Shown here piece by piece: positions 52,033 to 64,000 of a stretch of 64,000 bases of DNA; the stretch's first letter is position 1; every line of letters begins with the position of its first letter. Source of the stretch: Eledone cirrhosa (Eukaryota); assembly GCA_964016885.1 (NCBI GenBank), contig OZ024742.1, forward strand, positions 218,302,001-218,366,000, read 5' to 3'. The notes below the pieces were generated by a model. The model was not told where the DNA came from, searched no databases, and saw only the letters and a program-made list of their open reading frames with translations. A program made the position numbers and the translations under genes.

Positions 52033-53754
52033 TGCCCTTTGATAATAATGATGATGATAATGTCAAGGATGAGGAGTATAATGATGGTGATGATGACGAT
52101 CTTTTCTTTTATTGGCCACTGATCCCACGTTGTGGGGGAGAGAAAAAAGATGAGATACAAAACATGGGAGGGGGTTTACAGGTTACATCGAGTAGAGAGA
52201 AAATGACAACTATATAAGATCACAATATAAGATCAACAAGAAAAGCATCTTGAACAGGGGGACAGTAACTTAGGATCAATCAAGGAACCCCACTGATCGA
52301 GGATTACTCTGATTACAAAGGATAAGTGTCTTTTTTTCACTTAGAGACGCATGCTGTGTATAGGCTCATTCACCCGAACCATGATCGCTGTTCTCAACCA
52401 CCTTTCAATACATTTATTAGGGGTACTACCTCTCTCTCTCTCTCACTCTCCCCCCCTCTCTCTCTCTCTCTCCACACTCATACTCCTAGCCAAGACAAAC
52501 TGGAAAAAAACCGATGATGGCTTGACAGAAGAGAAAAATGTATTCACGTCTTTCAGTTACGCCCGCTATATATATTTCGCTACCAGACATAGGAAAACTG
52601 GCTGCTTTTCCCGACAAAAAGAAGTCGGTGGGCAAATAACCACGATGAACTCGGCCAATATCTGGATCCATCCTATATGTATGTGACAACATGTTTGACA
52701 TTACTCCACAGATCAGCAATGCTCAGATTCTGAATAAGTGTCTGCAGAATGGTTTCGTTGCTCTGTCCACATTACCGGGTTTGAAAACTCTTTCCATTCT
52801 TGTAGAGTTTATCGGGAAACACCATTGTTCCCCGCGAGCCTATATTGGTACAAAGATACATATATGTTAGGAGAGATAGTTTGTTAGTTTGTTTTACATT
52901 TCACAGCTAACGCTATGGTGGAGCTTTGCCTTAAGTTGAAATATAATCAATTGGATCGCTTCTATTACTTGACCGATTCTTATTTTATCGATTTCTGGAT
53001 TTGAATTCAGAACATAAATAAACAAAACCAAATACCGCAAGGTATTTAATTAAGTATTCTGAAGTTTCTGCCTCCATTTTTTTTTCGGCTATATATTTTG
53101 AGACTGATAACAGAAATTGCCAGTAACCCATGCAGAGGCCCGCTGCTAGATAATACAAGGTCATAAACATGTTGGTAACGTCTAGGTCAGCTCTCTTATC
53201 AGCTGGCGCATAACCCGTATCATCTATTCACTCCTATCCAAATCTTGACTGGTGCTCCAATAAATAAACAAAAACTGAGAGGCCCACCTAAGGTCACCTA
53301 AGGTCACCGACGTCCAGCTGCGCTACATACTGAGAAATCAACACTAAAAACTTAGTCTCATGTCTTAACTCAAGTAAAATACACTAATATGGCTCTCCCA
53401 GTAACATGACAAGATTTTAATTTAAAAGTGCAAGCTAAAAGAGAGAAAGAAGGAAAGAAAGCATACACACACGCACTCACGTGCATCAACTATATAGTAT
53501 AGCATAAAGGTGAACAGTGCACCCATAGTAAAGTATCTATTTACAGTTAAATAGTAAGGTATTCAATCTAGTACTGTGACGTGTTTGCTCTTCCATTCAG
53601 CCATATCACATTGCTGATCACGGCATACGATCTAACCAGCCTGCTCCGACCTTATTATTAGAGAATATAGATGTTGATATGGGTCAAACACGCTGTAGTT
53701 TTATGCCTTCAATACGACCGTATCAATTTAAGTGTGCCCTCTGCTGGGCTTTAG

Positions 53755-53870
53755 TGGAAGATCAAAGGAAACATGGGACGAAGCTGTAAAGAATGACTTC
53801 AAGAAACTGAAACCGACCAAGGAGATGGCACAGAACAGAGCTGATTGATGTAATGCCATAATACAAAAGA
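53755..53870 (+). mobile_element. RTE-type LINE 3' fragment
   Basis: GRSKETWDEAVKNDFKKLKPTKEMAQNRAD* resembles the RTE C-terminal GRPxxxW...DRxxW motif. Confidence 0.55.
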
Positions 53871-54090
53871 CATGCACACAATTACAAGAAACGAGGCACT
53901 AAAAGAGAGAGTAGTGAGAGATCGGAGTCTACAGTGTTTGGCAATTGAATGGAGACAATATAGTGTTTAAGGGAACGCTTTAGTCTGACCGAGTATGTGA
54001 CGACCTCTCTCGTTCTAGTGTCATAATAAAATACACACGAACACATATATATATAATATAATATAATATATTATAAAATAATATAATATA

Positions 54091-54271
54091 ATTGTTTCTA
54101 CTTTAGACACAAGGACAGCAATTACCCAGTGCATTACTGGTACTTTATTTTATCGACCCCGTAAGGATGAAAGGCACAGTCAACCTCGGCGGGATTTGAA
54201 CTCAGATTGTAAAGGGACGTAACTATGCTGAAAAGCATAACGTCCGACCCTCTACCGATACTGCCAATCCA
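54091..54271 (-). mobile_element. tRNA-derived SINE (main family)
   Basis: Reverse-complement copy. Confidence 0.9.
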
Positions 54272-54369
54272 CATAATGTATATATATAATAACATAATGT
54301 ATATATATATAACTGTATAATAACATCAATGACTGCGACTCAAAGAATAATAATAATAATAATAATAAT

Positions 54370-54928
54370 GATTTCTTTATTGGCCACAAGGGCTGACATC
54401 AAGAAAAACATTACAGACGGCACAGGATGGTACAGGACGGTACGATGTGGGTTTTGTGCGTGTAAATATTTTTATTATTTATATAAGAAAAGAAAAAAAA
54501 AGGACATAGAAACATATATATATATATAAACAATAAAAATGAAAATTGAAACAATCAAAAATTCCCCAATAGGGGGAAACCTCCGAGAGTTACTCGTGGC
54601 GAAAACCACACAAAAGACCACGGCCACCCTGACCACCAGGGCAAGCGCCCTCTCTCAATTTTTCCATCTCTCAAACTACAGACGTATATTCAGAGTGGTC
54701 CCGTTCACTCGGACCATTCTCGCTACATTCACCCACCTTTCAACAAACTTGCTAGAAGGCAGCACTTGCCTCTCCACCCTGATTTTCCTCTTCAAGTGAA
54801 ACTTGAAAAAGTTAATTAGGGATTCACCGAAGAGGAAAGTGTCTGTCTTTAACCCTTTCAACCTTGTCCACCACACAATCTCTTTCGCCATGGCCACCAG
54901 GCAGATGAAAACCGCCTGCCTTTCCTCA
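54370..54928 (-). mobile_element. 5'-truncated Tx1-type 3' end (unit 1)
   Basis: CLVAMAKEIVWWTRLKGLK...ERWVNVARMVRVN plus a 3' UTR ending CTTGTGGCCAATAAAGAAATC-(ATT)n. Confidence 0.88.
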
Positions 54929-55830
54929 TGGATCCTTTATTGGCCACAAGGGCTGACAAGAAGAAAAACATTAGAGACGGCACAGAACAGTACAAGAAGA
55001 TACAAAGTGGGTTTTGGTCGTGTAAAAAGGTTATAACAAAATTGGGCTAGAAATCAAAAATATTCAAACAACAAAAATTCCCCCAAAACGGGGAAACCTC
55101 CGAGGTTCACTCGTGGCGGAAACCACACAAAAAGGCCACGGTCACCCTGACCACCAGGGAAAGCGTCTTCTCTCAGTTTTCCACTCCTCAGTTTACAGGC
55201 GCATACTCAGAGCAGGCTCGTTCACTCGGACCAGACTCGCCACTTTCACCCACCTTTCAACAAACGTATTAGAAGACAATACTTGCCTCTCCACTCTGAT
55301 TTTCCTCTTCAAGTAAAACTTAAAAAAGTTAATCAAGGATTGGCCGAAGAGGAAAGTGTCCGTCTTCAACCCTTTCAACCTTGTTCACCATAGAATCTCT
55401 TTCGCCATGGCCACCAGGCAGATGAAAACTGCCTGCCCTTCCTACGCTTTAAAGGAGGACGGCGGGGCTATCTGCACAATGGACTCAGTCGACAACCGGA
55501 TCAGTCCTACACGCGACAGCAGCTTTTCGACATAGCTCCACAAGTCAGCAATCCTTGGGCACTGAACGAGTGCGTGCAGGCAGAACGGTTTCGTCGCTCT
55601 GTGCGCATCTCGGACAGGTTCGGCTGACAACACCTCCGTGCCTGTAGAGCTTATCTCGAACCGGCAACGCTCCCCGGTAGCACTGCCAGGCCAGGGATTT
55701 CTGGAAGTTGTCCATAGGACCCGGTCTGGAAGTTCTCTTGAAGAGAGCGAACAGCTGATCGTCTTCGACGCCCAGGGTCTCCCCGAGAACGTCGTCGCTC
55801 TTTCCCTCCACTAGCCCTATATAGAACGCA
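54929..55830 (-). mobile_element. 5'-truncated Tx1-type 3' end (unit 2)
   Basis: EGKSDDVLGETLG...SLAWQCYRGALPVRDKL...CPRC...ETV...HALVQC; same 3' terminus CTTGTGGCCAATAAAG. Confidence 0.88.
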
Positions 55831-55988
55831 GAGGATGTAATAAAAAAAATAACAATGAAAAATTCCCCAATAGGGGGAGACTTCCGAGGGACATTTGTGG
55901 AGAAAGCCCATTAAAAGGCCACAGTGACCCTGACCACCAGGGAAAGTGCCCTCTCCCAGTTTTCCACCTTTAATTTACAGACAGATAC

Positions 55989-58900
55989 TCAGAGTAGGCC
56001 ATTCACTCGGGCCATACTTGCTTCTCTCACCCATCTTTCAACAAAATGCTGGGAAGAGAGCACTTCTCTCTCTACCCTGATTTTCCTTTTCAAATGAAAT
56101 TTGAAAAAGTTAATCAGGGCATCACCGAAGAGGTAAGTGCTCGTCTTCAGCCCTTTCAAACGTGTCCACCATACTATCTCTTTCGCCATGGCCACCAGAC
56201 AGATAAAAACTTCCTGCCCTTCCCGGCTAAAGGAAGAGGGCGGGGCAATCCTCACGATGGACTCAGCTGATAACTGGATCCGTCCTACACGTGACAGCAG
56301 GTGTTCGACATAAACCCACAAGTCAGCAATTCTCGGACACTGGACGAGTGCGTGCAGGATTGTTTCGTCGCCCTGCACGCATCTCCGACATGCCCGGCTG
56401 ACGGTACCTCCATGCCTGTAGAGTTTATCCAGAACTGGCAAAGCTCCTCGGTAGCACTGCCAGGCCAGGGATTTCTGGAAGTTGTCCATAGACCCCGGCC
56501 AGAAAGTCCTTCCGAAGAGATTGGCTAGTTGATTTTCGTCGACGCCTAGAGTTTCCCCAAGTACGTCGTCGCTTTTCCCCTCCAGTAATCCTCTATAGAA
56601 CGCCAAGGTGGAGTTTTCACCGATAACATTGCCCGATTGGTCGAGGGCTGTGAGCGCCTGAAGACATTCCAGTCTCCAAGCACTCCCTCTCGGTCTTCGC
56701 TTGACCCAGGACTGCAGCTCCGTCAAGGAGACAAGCTGGGGCAAGACGTGTCTAGCAAACGGCGACCACACCTGATCACCGTCGAGGAAGAGGTGGAGAT
56801 GTCGTAGCCTGAGCGCGTGTCTGCGCATCATCAGCCACGGTATGCTCAGCCCTCCACGTAGCGAGTGTTGACAGCAGATGGACCGCCTGACCATCGGAGT
56901 GCGTCCCTTCCACAAAAAGCGAAAGAGCAAACGCTCCAGCGCAGTCAGGCGGGGCTTAGGACAAGGTACAACGGTCAGGCGGTAGTAGATGACGGACGCG
57001 ATGTACTCGTTAGCCACCTCCGCTCGACCTTTCAGGGATAGCTTCCTCTCCGCCCATTTCCGGGTGAGAGAAGGCACCCTGCTCGTCACCTCGTCCAAGT
57101 TTTTGTCCGTCTGGAGGTCCGGACCGAACCAGACCCATAGCAATTTAACCGGTCCGTCCGTCCAGCGCCCGACGACGCTGTTGGACGTCATAGACCTGCC
57201 TCTCCAGGTGCCGAGCTGCAGGCCCACTGACTTTTCCTGGTTGATCATTGCTCCTGTCACCGCTTCGTATTCTCTTAGTGTAGTGCCGATCGCCTCGATG
57301 TGTTTGGCGTTCGACACCACTACAGTGACATCGTCCGCATATGCTGACACGGATCTTCCGCATCCTAGTTCGCGCGGTACGCCCCCTCAACGTCTCCAGT
57401 TTGTGCAGTAATGGCTCGAGAGTCAATACGTACAAGAGGGACGAGAGGGGACATCCTTGGCGGACCAAGCGCATGATGTTGAACGGTTCCGAAAGGTGAC
57501 CGTTCACTCTCACCACAGAGCAGATGTCGCTGTGCATGGCAGCGATCCAGTCTCTGAAGACGGGCCCAAAGCCAGCCGCCTTCAGGACTGCTGCTAGGTA
57601 ACGATGGTCGACCCTATCGAAAGCTTTGGACTGATCTAAATTGATCAAGGACCCACCTGTGCCAGGTTCCCTAGCTACCCTCTCTACGATGTATCGCATG
57701 AGGTGGAGGTTGTCGTGGATGGATCTTTCGGGAATGGCGCATGTTTGCGCTCTCCCACCAGACCACCAACGACAAGCGCCAGCCTCTTTGCTAGCACCTT
57801 GGCCAAAATCTTGAACTCTGTGTTTAGCAGAGTTATGGGCCTGAAATTATCTATGTTATCCCCCTTGCTCGGATCCTTTCTCAGCAGCGCCACAGCTCCT
57901 CAGTTCACAGAGCTGGGAATTCTCCCGTTCTGTTGCCAGTTGCAGTAGACGTCCGCCAAGAGGCCTGCGAAAAAGTCTGGCATCTGTACGTAAAGTTCAT
58001 AGGGCAGACAATCCAAACCAGGCGATTTACCCCTTGTGCAGCCAGTCATTGCCTCCCGTACTTCAGCGGCTGTTATCGGCTTTTCGCAACACTCCGCCTC
58101 AGTGACGGAGAGCCACGGCAGTCCGTCGAGGTAGACACTAAAGTCCATCCCTCGATCCGGCCCGCCGCTACCCCCGAACAGCTGTGCGAAGTGTCGCTGA
58201 AAAGCTTCACACATTTGCCCGGGATCGAGTAGCATGCGACCGTCGTGGTTCACCAAAGACCGGATCGTGGCTTTGTTGCCACGACGCGCCTCCGCCACTC
58301 GGGCCCATTGAACGGCTTTCGCCCCCCTCGTGTCTGAGAGCACGCACCCTAGCTCTGACAACGCAGCCTTCGTGCTTTGCATTGAAGAATTGGTCAAGGG
58401 GCAATTTCGCCGCAAGTACGTCGGTCGCGATGCCTTTGCTAAGCGCCTCGTCTAATTTTCTAACTAATTCTCCCTCTGCTCTATTTTTCTCTATTGCTAA
58501 AGCCTTACTAAACCTAATGTAATCTATTCTAATTGCTCTTTTCAGAGAAAACCACCACTTGTTGTTGACGAATGCCCCGTCAACGCCCGCTTAACTAGTT
58601 CGCTAATCCGGTCTCTGTAGGCATTGCGCGCTGGTAAGGACGCGTTTAGCTTCCAGTAGCCGGGTCCTCGTCTATGAGGCCTATCTAAGTCAAGCACACA
58701 GATCACGAATTTGTGGTCCGTGTAGCTGACTATCTTGAATTGTGGACAGCGTTTGCTAGACCTATCTATTTCCCTACAAAATACTCTATCTAGATATGAT
58801 CTGGATGACCCTATGCGATTTGTCCAAGTCCACATTGGCACATTCGGGAAATCCAATCGGTACCTGTCAGACAGTTCAAAACGCCTGAGCAGGTTGGTGA

Positions 58901-59392
58901 GACTCTTCCACCCTCCTCCCCTATCCGCTAATCCCACACAGTCCCAGCGTGCATCTAAAATCCCGTTCCAGTCGCCCACTAACACTAAAGAGCGGGACGT
59001 TCCAAGAAAGGTCTCCAGACGCTGGAAGAAATCAGGCCGCCCTGCTCCTGTCGAGGCATAGACGGCCACTAACCTGAAAGCTTGCCCGTCTCCGCTGGTC
59101 ACGTCCAGCACCACCAACTTATCTTCTGGGTCCAGGAAGATGGCCCGTATGGCAAGATCCAAACCTCTCCGAAAAAGCACAGCAACTCCTCCCCCGATCC
59201 CGGACGGCTGGGAGATGCGTACACATCGTAGCCGCCGAAGTTCGGTGCGAAGGCCCGTGCTTCGGAGATTCTGGTCTCGCTGATGGCCACTACATCTATG
59301 TTTAGTGACCTGAGGTCGTTGAGCAGGTGGTACTGCTTCCACGACGACCCCAAGCCACGCGCATTTATGCTGCCTATTCTGAGTGAGGTCAT
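55989..59392 (-). pseudogene. Tx1 ORF2: APE endonuclease, reverse transcriptase, C-terminal CCHC; frameshifted
   Basis: SINARGL, AISET, VGDWN, SYLD, TDH, YWKLN; KSPGLD, NFRPITLLN, LDQSKAFDRVDH, VRQGCPLS, AYADD; CRRC...ETILHALVQC; about six frameshifts. Confidence 0.95.
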
Positions 59393-59426
59393 GTTGAAAT
59401 GGAGTGGAAAAGATGGGAAAGACCAC

Positions 59427-61117
59427 TTACCTTACTTCTCGTAGAGGAAGGACGGTTTCTCCATCCTTTTCACTGCTTGTGGCCTCCTCAGGAAGGATGT
59501 CCTTATAAATCCTCCTGGAGAGTGCTTGTCGGAAGTCTCCGATGTCTTTGGGGAATTTTTGTTTTAGTGTCATGTACGTTTTCTGTGTGATGCGAGTGAT
59601 TTGTATGTGTGGAGGTGGTGTGAATTTTGGGGTTGTTGTGTAGTCTTTTTCTGTGATGCTAGTGTTGTGTTGGATGTAGTGTAATAATTGCTTGTTGTTC
59701 AAATTTAATGCTGTGTAGTGTGTATCGTTTTGGTTGTTTTGTTTTGTTTGCGTTTGTTGTGGGTTTGTTTCTGTTTCGCATTTTGGTGACTTTTGTGGTG
59801 TAGGTGATGGTGGTGTTGGGGTTAATGATGGTGATGGTGTTGGTGTTTTGGGTGATGGGGTTGGTGATGCTGGTGTGGATGGTGGCATGTCTGTCCTAAC
59901 TTTTTTGTTTGATAGTTTATTTGATTCCCTCTGTATTTTGTTTTTGGAGGGGGAAGGAAGAGAATTTTTTCTTTTTTGGATTTTTTTTTTCTTTTTTCCT
60001 GATACCGTTTCCCACTCCTCGTCGTCACAATCTGTCTCCAGTTGTGATAGGCCGAGGAGTGGAAAATCCTTCACAGGCGTTAGTTTTGGTTGTGGCGTGG
60101 TGGATGGTGTAGGCTCTGGTGCTAGTTCTGAAGCGTTGGGTGGTGGTGGTGTTGGTTTTGCTACTGTTGCTGGGGTTGTTGCTGTTACAGTTGCTTCTGT
60201 TGTTGCTGCTACAGTTGTTGCTGCCATCTCTGCTGCTGGTGGTGTTGATGGTTGAGTCACTGGGGTGGGTAGGAGAGGTGGCCTCAACCTTTTAGCCTGA
60301 GGGCAGAAAGCCCTTAGGTGGGTTCCTTCACCACAAACGACACACCTAGGCCTTCTGCCCTCGACAATTACGGTGAGGTGGCTGCCGTCAGTGAGGTCTA
60401 TTACCTCTGGGATCTCCTCAATGCTTTTTTGGTCCGCTTGGGTCAGGAGCTCCATCCCAGATCCGGACCAGTTCTCCTGCTTTTCTTTCGCTATTTCGAT
60501 TATCTTGGTGTTGGCCTCGATGCCGGCGAGGACGGCAGCCATTAGCCAGGAAATTTCGATGGCCGGTGGAACGTGGGTCACCCTGATCTTCACAAGTCTC
60601 TGGCCACAATAGCTTGGGACGAGTGTGAAGTCGTCACTTCTTAATGGGGCCATGGAGTGTTCTCTAGCCTCCTCTGGTGTTTTAAAGAACACGTCCACGG
60701 TTCTATACTTCTGTCCACGTCTGATGTGGGGTTTTTTTGCCCACACATGTTCCAAAGCTTTTGGGATTTGGGACTCGGATGCCCGTTCCACTCGGCGCGA
60801 TTTTACATTAATTGTTCGATAAGACACGGTGCATAGGCGCCGATGCTCCATTTTATTAGGTGGGGGGGGGGGGGGGTGAGGCTGACCCTGTACCCATCTT
60901 TCTTTACCATTTTTTTGGCTTCTTCTAATTCTTCCTGAGTTACCTGAAATGCTTCGCACTGTGTTGCTACTCTGGCAAAACTCAGGGTGGTTTTCTTAAT
61001 TTCATTGTTGCTGTTGTTGTTATCGTTATTTTTGTGATTATTAATTTTAGTTTCAGTTGTGGTGGTGGGGACGTCAGTGGTGTTCGGTGTGGAAGAGTTC
61101 ATTTTGGTTGAATTCAT
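59427..61117 (-). pseudogene. Tx1 ORF1 (gag-like, single CCHC zinc knuckle, Pro/Thr-rich tail)
   Basis: CVVCGEGTHLRAFC; SFARVA motif near the N-terminus; frame break in the G-run at ~60862-60877; the true start may lie further upstream. Confidence 0.85.
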
Positions 61118-61775
61118 TTCGGCATCACGAGTTAATTTATTTTTTCTTTTGTTTCTGTTGTCGCGGTGGTGGTGGGGGTGGGGGTTATCGCGGTGGTGGT
61201 GGTGGTGGTGGCGGCTTTAACACCTGCAGTCATTGGTAATGGCGGGAAATGAATGTCTGCCTGAGACAAATTTATAATATTGCTACTGCTTATATTTTTA
61301 GTGTTGGCAAACGTAGTAATATTTACAATGGTGGTGTCGGTGTGAGGTGTTAGTTTGTGAGGAAGGCGCTCAGTTGCTTGGTGCAGAGGTGAGTCAGCCA
61401 CGATTCTTTCAAAGAAATTTTTTGATAATCATAAAAGTTTAAATTTTGGGCACAAGGCCCCAATCTTTTTGGGTGTCCTTTTCAGATAACAATGTATGTG
61501 CACTTATATACAGTTAACAATAAAAAATTTCCATAAATGGCAATTTTAAATAACTGAAAATAACAAACCTTTGTGGAGCTCACGATGATACGATTTACTA
61601 CGTAGGTCGCCAATAATAATAATAATAATAGTGAGTAAAATCGAAGTTGCAGCTGCGATTAGCCTTTTTCGAAATCAATCTTCAGTAGCTGGCACGAAGC
61701 ACTCAATGAGATGATATCGATAAATCGATAAATAACAACTACTCAATAAACGTAATGAAGACATAACAAATCGTC

Positions 61776-61820
<45 letters not shown>

Positions 61821-61826
<6 letters not shown>

Positions 61827-62445
61827 ATAATAATAAAATTGAAGACTAAAATCCAATCATAAAAGTAATAATAATCAAATATATACATACATACACGTGC
61901 ATACGCGAAAACACACGCCATACATACATATACATGTACATACACATAAGCACGCGCGTGTTTATGTGCATGTGTATGTATATGTATGTATGGCGTGTGT
62001 TTTCGCGCATGCACGTGTATGTACGTATATAGATGTGTGTATGTATATATTTAATGATTTTAATAACCTCTGTCATTTTCGTTCAACTAATTTATTTACA
62101 TTATTCTTAACTCCGAAGCGGAGAATCATTCCGTTTCCTAAATAGAATATTAGTCTAATGACTCCATTTATACCATAAACGTGGTTTTGTCTTTACGTGT
62201 AATTGTTCTCATCGCTCCATATATTACGTATTACGACGTATTATCTTCACTTTTTTCGGTTCATTGCCAAGGAACGTCTTCACGAACCAAAATTTCGTCT
62301 TCCTGTTTTCCTTCAGTTGCAACGTTTTTCGAAATATTTACTTCTGCGTTCATGATTGATTTTTTTTTAGTTTCAGAAGATCCCGTTAAGGGTGAAAGCA
62401 GCGATTCTTTGCTTAAACTTTCATCTGTTATTTTAATAAATATAT
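61821..62445. mobile_element. Longest copy of the TA-flanked family, containing a 136-bp palindrome
   Basis: Termini shared with 23341 and 37060; palindrome at 61888-62023. Confidence 0.7.
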
Positions 62446-63032
62446 ACGAACACGCCAGAAAAAGACATGACGGTAATATAGACAACATAGAAATTAAAAT
62501 AATATCTAAACATAGAAATGACTCAACAGGTAGACAAATCAGAGAAGCAAGTGAAATAGAGCTTAGAAGACCAAAGTTAAACAGAAAAAACGAATGGAAT
62601 AACAACAACAACCATACCCAAACAAACAACACTGACTTAAGGGAAATATAAATAAATAAATATATACCCAAGTACAATAACAACAAACATATAAACACAC
62701 ACTACTAAACAAAGTTAGAATACAAAAACCAAAACACATACATTCAAACGCGAACACACACACCAAACATTATACACACGCAAACGCATGCACAGGAACG
62801 GAGACAAGAAGAAATAAATAAATAAATTAATTAATTAAAAACGGCGTAGACATTACAATACAATACAATAGGAGGGAACATAATAATAGTACCACTGATG
62901 ATGTTGCAGATGTGCAACGAAAGAACTTTGACAGGCTATATATATATATTTATATCTGTATTTTTAACCGTTGGTCAATCAATGATAAATGTTGATTGCC
63001 AAATAAATTAACTATGGACCCTCCCCAAGTAT

Positions 63033-63036
<4 letters not shown>
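62445..63036 (+). mobile_element. PLE 3' remnant: GIY-YIG C-terminal half plus pLTR with hammerhead
   Basis: YEHARKRH...IKIISKH...RQIREASEI...PKLNRKNEW, followed by a low-complexity UTR and a hammerhead at 62895. Confidence 0.7.
62893..62930 (+). ncRNA. Minimal hammerhead motif
   Basis: CA-CTGATGA-T-GTTGCA-GATG-TGCAAC-GAAA-GAAC-TT-TG; perfect 6-bp stem II, weak stems I and III. Confidence 0.6.
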
Positions 63037-63121
<85 letters not shown>

Positions 63122-63124
<3 letters not shown>

Positions 63125-64000
63125 TATTTACGTATCGAGAGAGAGAAAAAAAAGGGGAGGATAAGTGATACATATAGTTATTTGCCAAGTAGCGTATGCC
63201 AAAGGTGCTCGATACTAGTGCCGGCAGTATTACATATTCGAAGTGTTAATATTTAGTGGGCTAGAGAGTTAGCAGAGCGTAAGCACGTGGAAAAGTAAGA
63301 AATCGGAGATTAGACCGTTAAAACATGTTTATTTAAAACAGCACCTACGTACGTTTCGCCCAGTTGGGCTTCTCAAGGGCATAAATAATCAAAAGTGTTC
63401 CTTACATTGCTCGGAAAGAGTTTTGGGGGTTAAATCCACGTCAAGGTTCATTGCTCGCAAAAATAGCTTGTTTTGATTTTGCAGCAGGTCAAAGGAGGTA
63501 ACTCTGGCCGGTGTTAGGGCAGTCTTTCCCGGACAATTTTTTTTTTTATCCGCTACGAGATGAAGTTACAACCTTACCATTGTCGATACGCATGTAATCA
63601 ACGCTTATTTTGAGAGTTCTTTTTTTGCCGCATCTGTTTGTCTGAGTCGTTTGAGGCTGGGTCTGGTATGCAAGGATAGTTTCCTCGGTGTTATTTTGCA
63701 GCGCCTGCCCGCCGGGGTGTTAAGACTTGTTGCAGGGAGATCCGGTGCACGGTTTCACTACTCATCCTTAACCCATCTGAAGAAGGATATTTTTAAGCGA
63801 TGCGTACAACTTATCGCTGTTTCAGCTCTGCTGTTGATGAGCTCGTGGGGGTGCAGTTATGATGTGGTAGAGCTCCATGAGGCAAAGATCGCATTTCCTC
63901 TTGAAGTTGTACGGTGCAGCCCTGCCGACAATATCCCAGTGCGTGGAGAAGCTGATGTTTAAGTCCCTTAGTGATGTGATGTAGTCCGCGAGCGAAGTGG
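63122..64000 (-). mobile_element. PLE 3' end (Naiad-like GIY-YIG), runs off the window
   Basis: TSLADYITSLRDLNISFSTHWDIVGRAAPYNFKRKCDLCLMELYHII(fs)ELINSRAETAISCTH; pLTR with hammerhead; ends at (TA)n. Confidence 0.78.
63341..63380 (-). ncRNA. Compact type I hammerhead, U3:A8 variant
   Basis: Minus strand GCCC-TTGAGAA-GCCC-AACT-GGGC-GAAA-CGTACG-TA-GGTGC; palindromic ACGTACGT stem III, GUA triplet. Confidence 0.75.

Larger units (their letters stand above)
55835..61611 (-). mobile_element. Near-full-length Tx1/L1-clade non-LTR retrotransposon (unit 3)
   Basis: 5' UTR, ORF1, 34-bp spacer, ORF2 and partial 3' UTR; 5' end abuts (AAT)n at 61612-61630. Confidence 0.93.

Noticed and set aside
43400-54000. 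Possible host exons in the AT-rich stretch
   Set aside because: No recognisable ORF with splice sites; mostly old repeat debris. Small exons cannot be excluded
63651-63962. Plus-strand 103-aa ORF
   Set aside because: Antisense shadow of the minus-strand GIY-YIG remnant

Overview
Eukaryotic, repeat-saturated, apparently intergenic or intronic DNA. It is most likely from an octopod cephalopod, inferred from the SINE family and the extreme microsatellite load. I found no host protein-coding exon, and nearly all ORF-track entries are low-complexity artefacts. Contents: (1) large triplet-based simple-repeat arrays (1-9040, 13654-16210) and many (TA)n/(TG)n tracts. (2) About 17 copies of one tRNA-derived SINE. 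(3) Decayed non-LTR retrotransposons: RTE-type, R4/Dong-type with a restriction-like endonuclease, and a near-full-length Tx1/L1-type element with two extra stacked 3' ends inside an (AAT)n tract. (4) One hAT-type MITE, one mariner-type MITE and a tRNA-Ile(AAT) pseudogene. (5) Three different Penelope-like (PLE) GIY-YIG remnants. The most notable signal is not in the ORF track: about nine type I hammerhead-ribozyme motifs from several unrelated pLTR/retrozyme-like families, nearly all next to (TA)n. Three carry a U3:A8 core covariation. There is also a set of fold-back (inverted-arm) insertions, some with their axis on hammerhead stem II. All structures were read by eye; nothing was folded, aligned or searched computationally.
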